This document shows, piece after piece, positions 48,503-57,453 of a DNA stretch of 64,000 nucleotides; within the stretch, counting starts at the first letter, position 1, and every line of letters starts with the position of its first letter. Under the pieces are notes generated by a model. That model made no database searches. It was not told where the DNA came from and saw only the letters and a list, made by a program, of their open reading frames with translations. This stretch comes from Ostreococcus lucimarinus (lineage: Eukaryota). The stretch lies in assembly GCA_000092065.1 (NCBI GenBank), contig CP000589.1. The stretch is one strand, 5' to 3'. Made by a program: the position numbers and the translations under genes.

Positions 48503-48627
48503 TATTTATTATTTGAAGGTTTGTACCAAGACCGTCTTTAGCACATTAAACATTGCACTATTCTTTCGCGCGAGCGCGACTCGCAGTCGTGGTGGTGGAT
48601 GTTACCTCACAATCGACCTCGCTCACG

Positions 48628-49554
48628 ATGCTCAACCCGCGATCGTCTCGATCCGAGCGCTCGCGCCGACGCACCGCGATCGCGCTCACCGTATGCCTCG
48701 CATTGACGACTCGCCGAGCGTTCATCGCGCACGTCGACGCCGGTGAAGTCGACCCCGCGATCGACATGGTGGACGAACACTCCGACAACTATCGCTCACT
48801 CGTCTACGGCATACGCTGCGGTGCGTGCAAGGCGGTGGTGAAAGAGATTGGCGATACGTTTGATACCGTCGCGGCGAAGCATAAGCGCGACGCGGGACCG
48901 ACGAATGTGTTCGGATCGCGATACGTGTCGCTGTTTCGGAGCACGCTGACGCGAGAGGTGGACGGCGTGTGCGCGGCGAACGGGGCGATCGAACGCGATT
49001 GGGGGTACAGCGAGAAGGGGGCGGAAAACATTATCGCCACAAGTCGCGTGTTCGATCGCATGGGGAAGAACTTGACCAAGGAGGAATCATCGATGATACA
49101 GTTGACGGTGTACGGCTTGGGACTGTTCACAAAGAATCCGAGCGAACGATTTCATTATCAAGGCCCACCGGGCAGCGAGATCTCGGGAAGCGATAACTTT
49201 TCGATGATCTCGAACACGTTTGCCAGGCAAACGTTGCGCACGGCGTGTCAAGCGGTGAGCGATAGCTTAGAATTCGACGACGCCATTGACGCGGCTGTGG
49301 CCGACATGGAGAGCGGCTTCGATTACAGCGTGCAGCACAAACTGTGCCTCGACCTGGACTATTGCAAAGTCAAGAATCGTAAATCAGGTCGGAGTGCCCC
49401 GGTGCAGCGCATCGAACAGGACGACGGTACGGTGGCGTACGAGACGGAAGCGACGGAAGCCGACGAGGACCTCGGCGACCAAGGCGTGAGAATCGATCCC
49501 GAAGAGCTCGCGAAGCGAGGCGCCGCCGTCGGCGAAGAGAAAACCGAGCTGTGA
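48628..49554 (+). CDS. Predicted secreted protein with signal peptide and conserved cysteines (tentatively saposin-like/DUF3456 canopy-type)
   Basis: First ATG at 48628 gives MLNPRSSRSERSRRRTAIALTVCLALTTRRAFIAHVDA, with an n-region plus h-region signal peptide. It contains CGACKAVVKEIGD and LCLDLDYC. Family assignment is weak. Confidence 0.4.
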   Translation: MLNPRSSRSERSRRRTAIALTVCLALTTRRAFIAHVDAGEVDPAIDMVDEHSDNYRSLVYGIRCGACKAVVKEIGDTFDTVAAKHKRDAGPTNVFGSRYVSLFRSTLTREVDGVCAANGAIERDWGYSEKGAENIIATSRVFDRMGKNLTKEESSMIQLTVYGLGLFTKNPSERFHYQGPPGSEISGSDNFSMISNTFARQTLRTACQAVSDSLEFDDAIDAAVADMESGFDYSVQHKLCLDLDYCKVKNRKSGRSAPVQRIEQDDGTVAYETEATEADEDLGDQGVRIDPEELAKRGAAVGEEKTEL

Positions 49555-49727
49555 GCGCCCTTGTAACATCCTCCCCGCGCCGCGGTCTCACCATCGCGCA
49601 CCAACGCGTTTCCCTCGAATCCTCATCCATCGACGCGTCGCCGCGCCCGCGGGCTGAAGTGAAAAATCTCCAGACCGACACCGCGATCCAGCCAGCTCGT
49701 GGCGCGCCGTCATAACGCGACGCTTGC

Positions 49728-52700
49728 ATGCGACGCGCCGCGCACGCACTAAAACAAAGCGCGACAACTCTCACTACGCACACATCGCACGCGAACGCGC
49801 CCTCGCGCGCGCGTTTCGCGGTAAAGAACGCCGTCGTCGACGGATTCGGTCGACGCATTCAGGGTGGGAATTGTCGACGCGAATTCTCGCTAACGATGGC
49901 GCACGCGGTGCGCGCGAGCGCGATACACGCGCAGGACGCGCGAGTGAATGAACGACTTTCCGCAGCGCGCGCGGGACGCGGACGAAGGGCGTACGCGGTG
50001 CGCGCGGGGACGTCGCGGGGACTCGACGATCGGCGACGGACGGCGACGACGAGCGCCGCGAGCTCGACGACTCGATGGGCGTTCGGACGACAGTACGCGA
50101 TTTCGCCCGCGAGTCAAGAGGCGAGTGAGATGGAGGATGATTCGGGAGGAGAAAGCGACGAGGATAGCGATGAAGATCTCACGGGTGAGTACCGAGGGGC
50201 GGTGCTGGTGCGTTCGAATGGCCAGAAAGGCTTGGCGACGACAAATAGGACAAACAACGGCCGGATCGGTGGGAGCTGGAAAAAGGCGCTGGGAGATTTC
50301 GACGTGAGAACGAACGGGGCGATGACGGTGAATGGGGCGAAGGGAGATGCCAAGGTAACGGATGATGATGAAATCGCGACGGGATTACGAGACGAGGTGC
50401 AGACGGTTGAGACGGTGGAGGAAGCGAGGCGAGTGTTGAAGATATTGCTCGACAACGCCGGAACCGAGGATCAACCGATGTATCACGCGTGTGATACCGA
50501 AGTTGCGTACATAAGCGTCGCGGATCAAACGCCTGTTGGCCACGGGCAAGTTACGTGCTTCTCCGTCTACGTAGGACCGGATGTCAACTTCGCTCCCGAA
50601 GGCGAAAGCAAGAGGAGTTTGTTGTGGGTCGACACCTTGCGTGGTGGCGACGGCGTTTGGGAGGTGTTCAAGGAGTACTTTGAGAACGCAAACGTCAAGA
50701 AAGTTTGGCACAACTATAGCTTCGATCGCCACGTAGTGGAGAACCATCACGGCATCAAACTCGCCGGGTTCGCGGCGGATACCATGCACATGGCACGTCT
50801 ATGGAACTCAAACAGAAAACTCGACGGTGGCTACAGCTTGGAAGCTTTGTCTTCGAGCGCAGACGCAATGAGCGAATGCGCTGAGATGCTCGGTGCGGGA
50901 GCGGAGATGATGCGTGCGAAAAGAGGTATGAAGAAAATCTTTGGCAAGCCCAAGCTCAAAAAGGATGGGACTCCTGGGAAGACGATGATTCTGCCACCGA
51001 TTGAAGAAATTCAAGAAGCTCGCGATTCGCGTGATAGATGGATTGAGTACTCCGCGCTCGACGCGCAAGCGACGTGGTTCTTGCGCGAATCTCTCGAAGC
51101 GAAACTCCGCGGGATGTCGTGCGAAGCGTGTCCGATTTTGGCGAGCAAGCCTGGATACCGCAAGTGCGTCACGCTTTGGGACTTTTACACGTTCTACCTC
51201 GCCGAATTCGGCAATTTGTTGACGCAGATGGAACGAAATGGCCTTCTTGTCGATAAAGCTCATTTGGCGCACGCGGAGAAGATGGCGCACGAAGATAAGC
51301 GCGTGGCGGAAGACTACTTTAGAAACTGGGCTGCTTCGAAATGCGAAGGCGCGCGAATCATGAATGTCGGTTCAGGGTTGCAAGTTCGTCAGCTTTTATT
51401 CGCCGGTGCGAAGAACAAGCGTCGTGACAAACCTGGGGTTGAGCTCACCCGCGAGTTCACGCAAGAGTCTTCCGAATGGATCGCTTGGGATGCCGCCGGT
51501 CGAGAAGGCAAGGCGCCGAAGAAGACGATGAAGGTTGCTCTTCACGGTATCACGGTGAAGCCGATCCAAGTGCAGACGTTCACCGCAACTGGACTTCCTG
51601 CTGTCAGCAGTGTTGTTCTGCGCGCTCTTGCGGGCAAACCTGGCGCCGCTCGCGCCATCATGGATACTTGGGACTCGCTCGCGGACGCCGAGAAAACCGA
51701 AGATGTGTTGAAGAAGGCGTGCGGCACCGCATTTGAAGCCTTTGGCGGCGGTAAAGAGGGCGTACAAGCGTGTGCCGCTATCGATGCGTTGAACGACGTG
51801 GCGGCCATCGACACTTTATTGTCGAACTTTATCATTCCTCTGCAAGGGGATGATATTCGTGGACCCGAAGGCCGCGTGCACGGCGCGCTGAACATCAACA
51901 CCGAGACCGGACGCCTATCCGCTCGTCGGCCGAGTTTGCAAAATCAGCCCGCGCTCGAAAAGGACCGTTATGGTATCCGTAAGGCGTTCACCGCGGGGCC
52001 TGGGAATATTCTCGTCGTCGCCGATTATGGTCAGCTCGAGCTTCGCCTTTTGGCGCACATGGCTGATTGTAAGTCGATGCAAGAAGCCTTTGAAGCCGGC
52101 GGCGATTTCCACAGCCGAACGGCGCTCGGAATGTACTCCAACATTAAGGAAGCCATCGATAAGGGCGAAGTTGTCTTGGAATACGGCGAACAAGAGGAAA
52201 CCGTGGACGAGAAAGATCGCCCTGCGCTCGTAAAGGATGTGTTCGCGAGCGAACGTCGCAAGGCCAAGGTACTCAACTTCAGTATCGCATACGGCAAAAC
52301 TGCGCACGGCTTGGCGAAGGATTGGGGCACGTCTCTCGAGGAAGCCGCCAACACGGTTGAGCTTTGGTACGCCGACCGCCCAGAAGTTCGAGAATGGCAA
52401 GAAGTGCAGAAGAAGATGGCGGTGGAAAAGAACCTGGTGCGCACCCTCCTCGGGCGCGTTCGCAACTTACCCGACGCCTCGAGCAAGAACGAAGCCTTCA
52501 AATCGCACGCGCTTCGCGCATCCATCAACACCCCGATTCAAGGCGGCGCCGCCGACATCGCCATGTTAGCCATGCTTCAGATTCAACGCTGTCCACGCCT
52601 AAAAGAGCTCGGTTACAAGCTCTTGATGCAAATTCACGACGAAGTCATCTTAGAAGGTCCCGAAGAGCACAAAGATGAGGCGTTGGCGCTCACCAAGTAT

Positions 52701-52796
52701 CACATGGAGAACCCATTTCCCGGCCACGTCAACTTGTTGAACGTCGCGCTAGCCGTCGACGGCGATTACGCCAAGACGTGGTACGAGGCTAAATAA
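49728..52796 (+). CDS. POP: Family-A DNA polymerase of the plant-organellar type (POP / PolI-like with 3'-5' exonuclease domain)
   Basis: Exo I HACDTEV and Exo II WHNYSFDRHV are followed by a polymerase domain. Motif A is DYGQLELRLLAH, motif B is RRKAKVLNFSIAYGKT and motif C is LLMQIHDEVILE. ATG at 49728 verified. The N-terminal ~150 residues are a presequence-like extension with an acidic patch. Confidence 0.9.
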   Translation: MRRAAHALKQSATTLTTHTSHANAPSRARFAVKNAVVDGFGRRIQGGNCRREFSLTMAHAVRASAIHAQDARVNERLSAARAGRGRRAYAVRAGTSRGLDDRRRTATTSAASSTTRWAFGRQYAISPASQEASEMEDDSGGESDEDSDEDLTGEYRGAVLVRSNGQKGLATTNRTNNGRIGGSWKKALGDFDVRTNGAMTVNGAKGDAKVTDDDEIATGLRDEVQTVETVEEARRVLKILLDNAGTEDQPMYHACDTEVAYISVADQTPVGHGQVTCFSVYVGPDVNFAPEGESKRSLLWVDTLRGGDGVWEVFKEYFENANVKKVWHNYSFDRHVVENHHGIKLAGFAADTMHMARLWNSNRKLDGGYSLEALSSSADAMSECAEMLGAGAEMMRAKRGMKKIFGKPKLKKDGTPGKTMILPPIEEIQEARDSRDRWIEYSALDAQATWFLRESLEAKLRGMSCEACPILASKPGYRKCVTLWDFYTFYLAEFGNLLTQMERNGLLVDKAHLAHAEKMAHEDKRVAEDYFRNWAASKCEGARIMNVGSGLQVRQLLFAGAKNKRRDKPGVELTREFTQESSEWIAWDAAGREGKAPKKTMKVALHGITVKPIQVQTFTATGLPAVSSVVLRALAGKPGAARAIMDTWDSLADAEKTEDVLKKACGTAFEAFGGGKEGVQACAAIDALNDVAAIDTLLSNFIIPLQGDDIRGPEGRVHGALNINTETGRLSARRPSLQNQPALEKDRYGIRKAFTAGPGNILVVADYGQLELRLLAHMADCKSMQEAFEAGGDFHSRTALGMYSNIKEAIDKGEVVLEYGEQEETVDEKDRPALVKDVFASERRKAKVLNFSIAYGKTAHGLAKDWGTSLEEAANTVELWYADRPEVREWQEVQKKMAVEKNLVRTLLGRVRNLPDASSKNEAFKSHALRASINTPIQGGAADIAMLAMLQIQRCPRLKELGYKLLMQIHDEVILEGPEEHKDEALALTKYHMENPFPGHVNLLNVALAVDGDYAKTWYEAK

Positions 52797-52828
52797 GTAG
52801 TGAACGTCGCTCTTTCGCTTCGTTCGTT

Positions 52829-52833
52829 TGTAA
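52829..52833 (+). promoter_or_regulatory. TGTAA motif about 35 nt past the organellar DNA polymerase stop (candidate poly(A) signal)
   Basis: cgttcgtttgTGTAAatcactt read directly. Confidence 0.3.
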
Positions 52834-52931
52834 ATCACTTAGCTTTCACTCAAATGACCCTCAGCCTCGAAAGTCGACGCTGAGTGCGCCAGTCATCAGA
52901 CCAAACCTTACATTTTGCCTCGGCGCGCGCC

Positions 52932-55823
52932 ATGTCCGCGCCTGAATGGCACGGCTACGCCGATGGCGCGAATGGTGACGATCCCTACACCGCTGCCGCG
53001 CGATCGTACGACGAGACGCACGCGACGAGCGACGCGAACGCCGACGCCACGCTGCAATCAGACTTCGAGCACATGTCGATCAACCACGCGCACACACTCG
53101 TCCACGATCTACTGGACGAGGACGATGACGAGGAGTACGACTACGTCGACGGGGAGCACGCCGGCGGTGCGCGACGGAGCGAGTTCGCGTGCGCGTACTG
53201 TGGGATATCCAACGTCTCGTGCGTGGCGCAGTGCGTGAAGACAAAGAAATGGTTTTGCAACGGGCGATCGAATGGATTGCCGGCGAGCTGCTTGATATAT
53301 CATCTCGTGCGGTCAAGAAACAAGGAGGTTCGACTGCATGAGTCGTCGCCGCTGGGCGATATGACGCTGGAGTGTTACGTGACGGGGGCGACGAACGTGT
53401 TCAACCTCGGGTTCGTCCCGTGCAAAGACGAAAACGTGGTGGTTCTCGTGACGAGAGAAGCAGCGCAGAGTAATCCGGCAACTCTTAAGGAATTGAATTT
53501 AGACTTAGCGCTCTGGGAGCCGCTGATTCAGGACAAGGTGTTCTTGCCTTGGTTGTTGCAGATGCCGGACAAGAAGGAGATTGATCGCGCTCGGCCGGTG
53601 AACCCAGGAAAAGTCATCAAATTGGAGGAACTATGGAAAACAAATCCCGAGGCTACGCTAGACGACGTAGAGAACGATGACGGTGACGGCGAGGTACGTC
53701 CTGTAGCGCTGACGTACGAGGACGCGCATTTATACCAAGGCGTCTTTGGACCGTTGATACAGCTCGAGGCAGATTACGACAAGGCGCAGCGAGAGAGCCA
53801 AACGAAGGACGACGTCACAGTCCGCTGGGACATTGGCTTGAATAAGCGTAGGATTGCGTATTTCAGTTTTGGTGCCGATGAAAATGCGGTGTCAGTGACG
53901 TTGGGAGATTCTTTGCAGTTGCGACTGCTGATACAGACAAAGAACGAACAGCGAAGTTGGCAAGGACAAGGCGTCGTGATCAAGTTCACCGCACAAGAGG
54001 AAGTCGGGGTGGAAATGTACGGCATGGATGCCCCCGTGGAATACACCAATGGCTACAGTGTCGACTTTTTGTGGAAAGGGACGAGTTATGAGCGCGCGCA
54101 ACAGGCGTTGGAATCTTTCGCTGAAGATGAAACTTCGGTTTCGGGGTACATTTACCTCAAGCTCATGGGCAAAGACCCGGAAGATATGTTCTTATCCGGA
54201 GATTTTCCGAAGAAGTTAACCGCCCCGGGGCTGCCTGAGCTCAACCAAAGCCAACACGATGCGGTTAAAACGGTCCTCCAGCGACCACTGAGTCTAGTTC
54301 AAGGTCCACCGGGGACTGGGAAGACGGTGACGTCGGCGACGCTCGTGTACCATTTAGCCAAGCGCGGCAACGGTCAAGTCATCGTGTGCGCGCCATCAAA
54401 CGTCGCAGTAGATCATTTGGCCGAGAAGATCGAAAAGACGGGCCTAAAAGTCGTTAGAATCAGTAGTAGAAGTAGAGAGCATTTGGTGTCTTCGGTTGAG
54501 CACCTGACGCTGCACTATCAAGTAGCCAACATTGGTGGGTCGACGCACAAAGCGTTTCAGAAGTTGCAGCAGCTGAAGAACGAGCTCGGCGAATTGAGCG
54601 CTGGAGACGAGAAGAAGTATCGCAACGCTCAAAAGAAACTTGAGCGCGAAATCCTCGAGAACGCGGATGTCATTTGCACCACAGCAGTCGGTGCCGGTGA
54701 TCCGCGACTCGCAAACTTCCGCTTCCGCATGGTGCTCATCGATGAGTCGACGCAAGCCACCGAACCGGAGTGTTTGATCCCAATCGTCATGGGTGCGAAA
54801 CAAGTCGTCATGGTTGGCGATCACAAACAGCTCGGCCCGGTTGTGACGTGCAAGCAAGCGTACGCCGCGGGTCTGGCGCAGTCGTTGTTTGAACGCCTCA
54901 TTGCGCTCGGTATACAGCCCATCCGCTTACAGATTCAGTATCGTATGCATCCATGCCTGTCCGAGTTTCCGAGCAATACATTCTACGATGGAACGCTGCA
55001 AAACGGTGTGTCTGCGATCGAACGAACGCTTTCACACATCGACTTTCCTTGGCCCGTACCATCCAAACCGATGATGTTTTGGAGTCAAACCGGACAAGAA
55101 GAAATGAGCGCGAGCGGGACGTCATTCCTCAATCGCGCGGAGGCGTCGGCGGTCGAAAAGTGCGTCACGCATCTGCTGAACGCCGGGGTGAGTCCTGAAC
55201 AGATCGGGGTGGTGACGCCGTACGAAGGACAGCGCGCGTACGTGGTACAACACATGACGCGTGTTGGTGTGCTGCATCCGCAACTGTACAAGGACATTCA
55301 AGTCGCAAGTGTCGACTCGTTCCAAGGAAAAGAAAAAGACTTCATTATTATGACCTGCGTGCGCTCGAATGAAAAGTCTGGAATTGGGTTCTTGAGCGAT
55401 CCAAGACGTTTGAACGTCGCCATAACACGCGCGCGAAGTGGGCTTATCGTCATCGGCAATCCAAAGGTTTTGAACAAACAACACCTATTCCACGAGATGT
55501 TAACGCACTTCAGAGAGAACGGGTGCCTCGTTGAAGGGACGTTAGGCTCATTAAAGGAGTGCATGGTGGCCCTTCCTGCCGAACACCCGGACAAGGACCC
55601 TTGGAAGCGATTCGAATCGCGCCAAAATGGTGGTCGCGACCGTCGAGCCGCGGCGGAGCAGCGCGCACAGCACGAATTTCCAGACCTCGCCGCCGCCTAC
55701 GGGCGCTTTGGAAACTATCGCGACATCGATTCCGAGTCCGAGGCTTCCTACGGGAGCGAGTACTCCTACCAACCGCCGAGCGAAATCGATCACGGTTCGT
55801 CCCGAAACGCGTACGAGTTTTAA
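52932..55823 (+). CDS. UPF1: UPF1 (regulator of nonsense transcripts 1) superfamily-1 RNA helicase
   Basis: CH zinc-knuckle domain EFACAYCGISNVSCVAQCVKTKKWFCNGRS...ASCLIYHLVRSRNKEV. Helicase motifs [33 protein letters not shown] and VI RLNVAITRARSGLIVIGN. The track start 52884 is GTG. The ATG is at 52932. Confidence 0.95.
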   Translation: MSAPEWHGYADGANGDDPYTAAARSYDETHATSDANADATLQSDFEHMSINHAHTLVHDLLDEDDDEEYDYVDGEHAGGARRSEFACAYCGISNVSCVAQCVKTKKWFCNGRSNGLPASCLIYHLVRSRNKEVRLHESSPLGDMTLECYVTGATNVFNLGFVPCKDENVVVLVTREAAQSNPATLKELNLDLALWEPLIQDKVFLPWLLQMPDKKEIDRARPVNPGKVIKLEELWKTNPEATLDDVENDDGDGEVRPVALTYEDAHLYQGVFGPLIQLEADYDKAQRESQTKDDVTVRWDIGLNKRRIAYFSFGADENAVSVTLGDSLQLRLLIQTKNEQRSWQGQGVVIKFTAQEEVGVEMYGMDAPVEYTNGYSVDFLWKGTSYERAQQALESFAEDETSVSGYIYLKLMGKDPEDMFLSGDFPKKLTAPGLPELNQSQHDAVKTVLQRPLSLVQGPPGTGKTVTSATLVYHLAKRGNGQVIVCAPSNVAVDHLAEKIEKTGLKVVRISSRSREHLVSSVEHLTLHYQVANIGGSTHKAFQKLQQLKNELGELSAGDEKKYRNAQKKLEREILENADVICTTAVGAGDPRLANFRFRMVLIDESTQATEPECLIPIVMGAKQVVMVGDHKQLGPVVTCKQAYAAGLAQSLFERLIALGIQPIRLQIQYRMHPCLSEFPSNTFYDGTLQNGVSAIERTLSHIDFPWPVPSKPMMFWSQTGQEEMSASGTSFLNRAEASAVEKCVTHLLNAGVSPEQIGVVTPYEGQRAYVVQHMTRVGVLHPQLYKDIQVASVDSFQGKEKDFIIMTCVRSNEKSGIGFLSDPRRLNVAITRARSGLIVIGNPKVLNKQHLFHEMLTHFRENGCLVEGTLGSLKECMVALPAEHPDKDPWKRFESRQNGGRDRRAAAEQRAQHEFPDLAAAYGRFGNYRDIDSESEASYGSEYSYQPPSEIDHGSSRNAYEF

Positions 55824-55851
55824 TGCAGTTCTGACGCCGACACATCGCGGC

Positions 55852-57303
55852 ATGCCCCCGATCCCGCGATGTCTCCTCACGACCACCGACCCGAGCGCGC
55901 TGAACCAGGCCGACTTACCGCGCCCCTCTGTGTCGTCCGTGTCGTCCGAGTCGGAAACGGCGTCGGAATCGCCGTCGACGTCTCGCCGAGACGAAAAGTT
56001 GAGCGGGACGGTGCCGAACCTGTTTTGGCGCGCCGTCGCCATGGATGACCTTCGCGCGGCGCGAAACTTCGTAGGATTACCGGAAGAGTCGCAGGTGACG
56101 TTAGCAGGGGCGAAATCATTCGCGTACGTGCGTCAGGGCACGGAGGTCTGGGACGCGTTGCACGATGGCCGCCTGACGACGGGAGTCCTTAAAGCGGCGC
56201 TCGGCTTCGTTGAAGATGGTGTCGATAAACGCGCGCTAGGACTCGGCAAGCGGCACGGTGGACACAACGCGATATTGAGTGCATGCCGTCGATTGCAACG
56301 AGAAAAGTGGTGCGATGACGACGAAGTGGGGGACGTAGCAGACGCGAGACGTCGAAACGAAGCGGCGACGGCGGCGTTTAATCGACAGATAGACGGGGAC
56401 GATGACGACGAGACTGAAGATGAATGTGACGATGTCGGACTATGCGATGATAGTGCCGGCGAACTGTTGAGCGGCGTTGGATCGAACGCGTCGGCGATGG
56501 ATATCTTGGCGGCGTCTCTGGCGTCGGCAGCCAAGAAGAAGACATCGAAGAAAGGGAAGAAGAAGAAGAAACGTGGGAGCGGGAAGAAGAACAGAGTCGC
56601 GGGCGATAGCTCCATGCTCACGAACGCGCAGTACTCTCGAGCGCTCGCGCGAGGTGGAGAGCACGCCATACGCTTAGCGTGGGGATCAGCGCAGGAAGCG
56701 TCGACGCTTTGTTCCATGATGGTTCATTTCAAAGGATCCACTGTGTACGAAGCCGGGCTGTGCATGCTCGATGCTGCATCAGACGTTCCAAAAGCGTGGG
56801 GCGTTGGTCCACTCCCACCCGTCGGCGCCAGCCCGGACGGATTGATAACCATGGCGAGCGGTGAACGTTTTGTGGTCGAGGTGAAGAATTCATCGCCGTT
56901 TCGCCAAATGCCAGGTCGATACGTTGTCGCCGACCGCGAGCCGTATGCCAAACCACCCGCGTATCACATGCCTCAAGTTCAATTAGAGATGCTCTGCACG
57001 GGGACGCGCTCAGCGTTATTGGCGATGCAAAGTATGACGTACGGAATAAAAATATTTCGCGTCGAGCGAGACGACGACTTCATAGCGAGTATGCTCCGGA
57101 GAATTTCGCGTCTGTACACCACGTACGCGCGTAAGGGTAAAGACCCACCCATGAACTGGGAGGTTCGATCGATAGAACACAAGAAAATGGTGGGCGCTGC
57201 CGTTCGACTCGCTGGCGCAGCAACGGTGTACGATCACATTCCTACGTCTTTAGTTCCTAACGATGGATCGATTCATGTCGAAGAGAACGCCTTCGTCGCG
57301 TAA
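55852..57303 (+). CDS. YqaJ/lambda-exonuclease-like (PD-(D/E)XK) nuclease-domain protein with long N-terminal extension and Lys-rich linker
   Basis: The C-terminal about 200 aa run WGSAQEASTLCSMM...GASPDGLITMASGERFVVEVKNSSP...PPAYHMPQVQLEMLCTGTRSALLAMQ...GIKIFRV. These fit the YqaJ viral-recombinase-type exonuclease pattern (D...E.K...Q.Q). The first ATG in frame is 55852, just after the UPF1 stop. The upstream portion of the track ORF overlaps the UPF1 3' end. Confidence 0.55.
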   Translation: MPPIPRCLLTTTDPSALNQADLPRPSVSSVSSESETASESPSTSRRDEKLSGTVPNLFWRAVAMDDLRAARNFVGLPEESQVTLAGAKSFAYVRQGTEVWDALHDGRLTTGVLKAALGFVEDGVDKRALGLGKRHGGHNAILSACRRLQREKWCDDDEVGDVADARRRNEAATAAFNRQIDGDDDDETEDECDDVGLCDDSAGELLSGVGSNASAMDILAASLASAAKKKTSKKGKKKKKRGSGKKNRVAGDSSMLTNAQYSRALARGGEHAIRLAWGSAQEASTLCSMMVHFKGSTVYEAGLCMLDAASDVPKAWGVGPLPPVGASPDGLITMASGERFVVEVKNSSPFRQMPGRYVVADREPYAKPPAYHMPQVQLEMLCTGTRSALLAMQSMTYGIKIFRVERDDDFIASMLRRISRLYTTYARKGKDPPMNWEVRSIEHKKMVGAAVRLAGAATVYDHIPTSLVPNDGSIHVEENAFVA

Positions 57304-57328
57304 GGGCGGTATTGTTTTTTTTCCTAGC

Positions 57329-57353
57329 TTACAGTTAGAATTGCAGAGTGTAA
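57329..57353. promoter_or_regulatory. Convergent 3' ends of the YqaJ-nuclease gene (+) and MFS transporter (-) with TGTAA on each strand (ttaca 57329-33; tgtaa 57349-53)
   Basis: AT-richer 150-bp spacer tagcTTACAgttagaattgcagagTGTAAaattt between two stop codons. Confidence 0.3.
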
Positions 57354-57453
57354 AATTTGTTACGCGCGGCTATCTAGATTGTACAGACTCCATATTAATG
57401 AGTTCATTAAGCGATTGATTCGCTGCACGTCGGCAGTGTGTAACATTTGTCGT

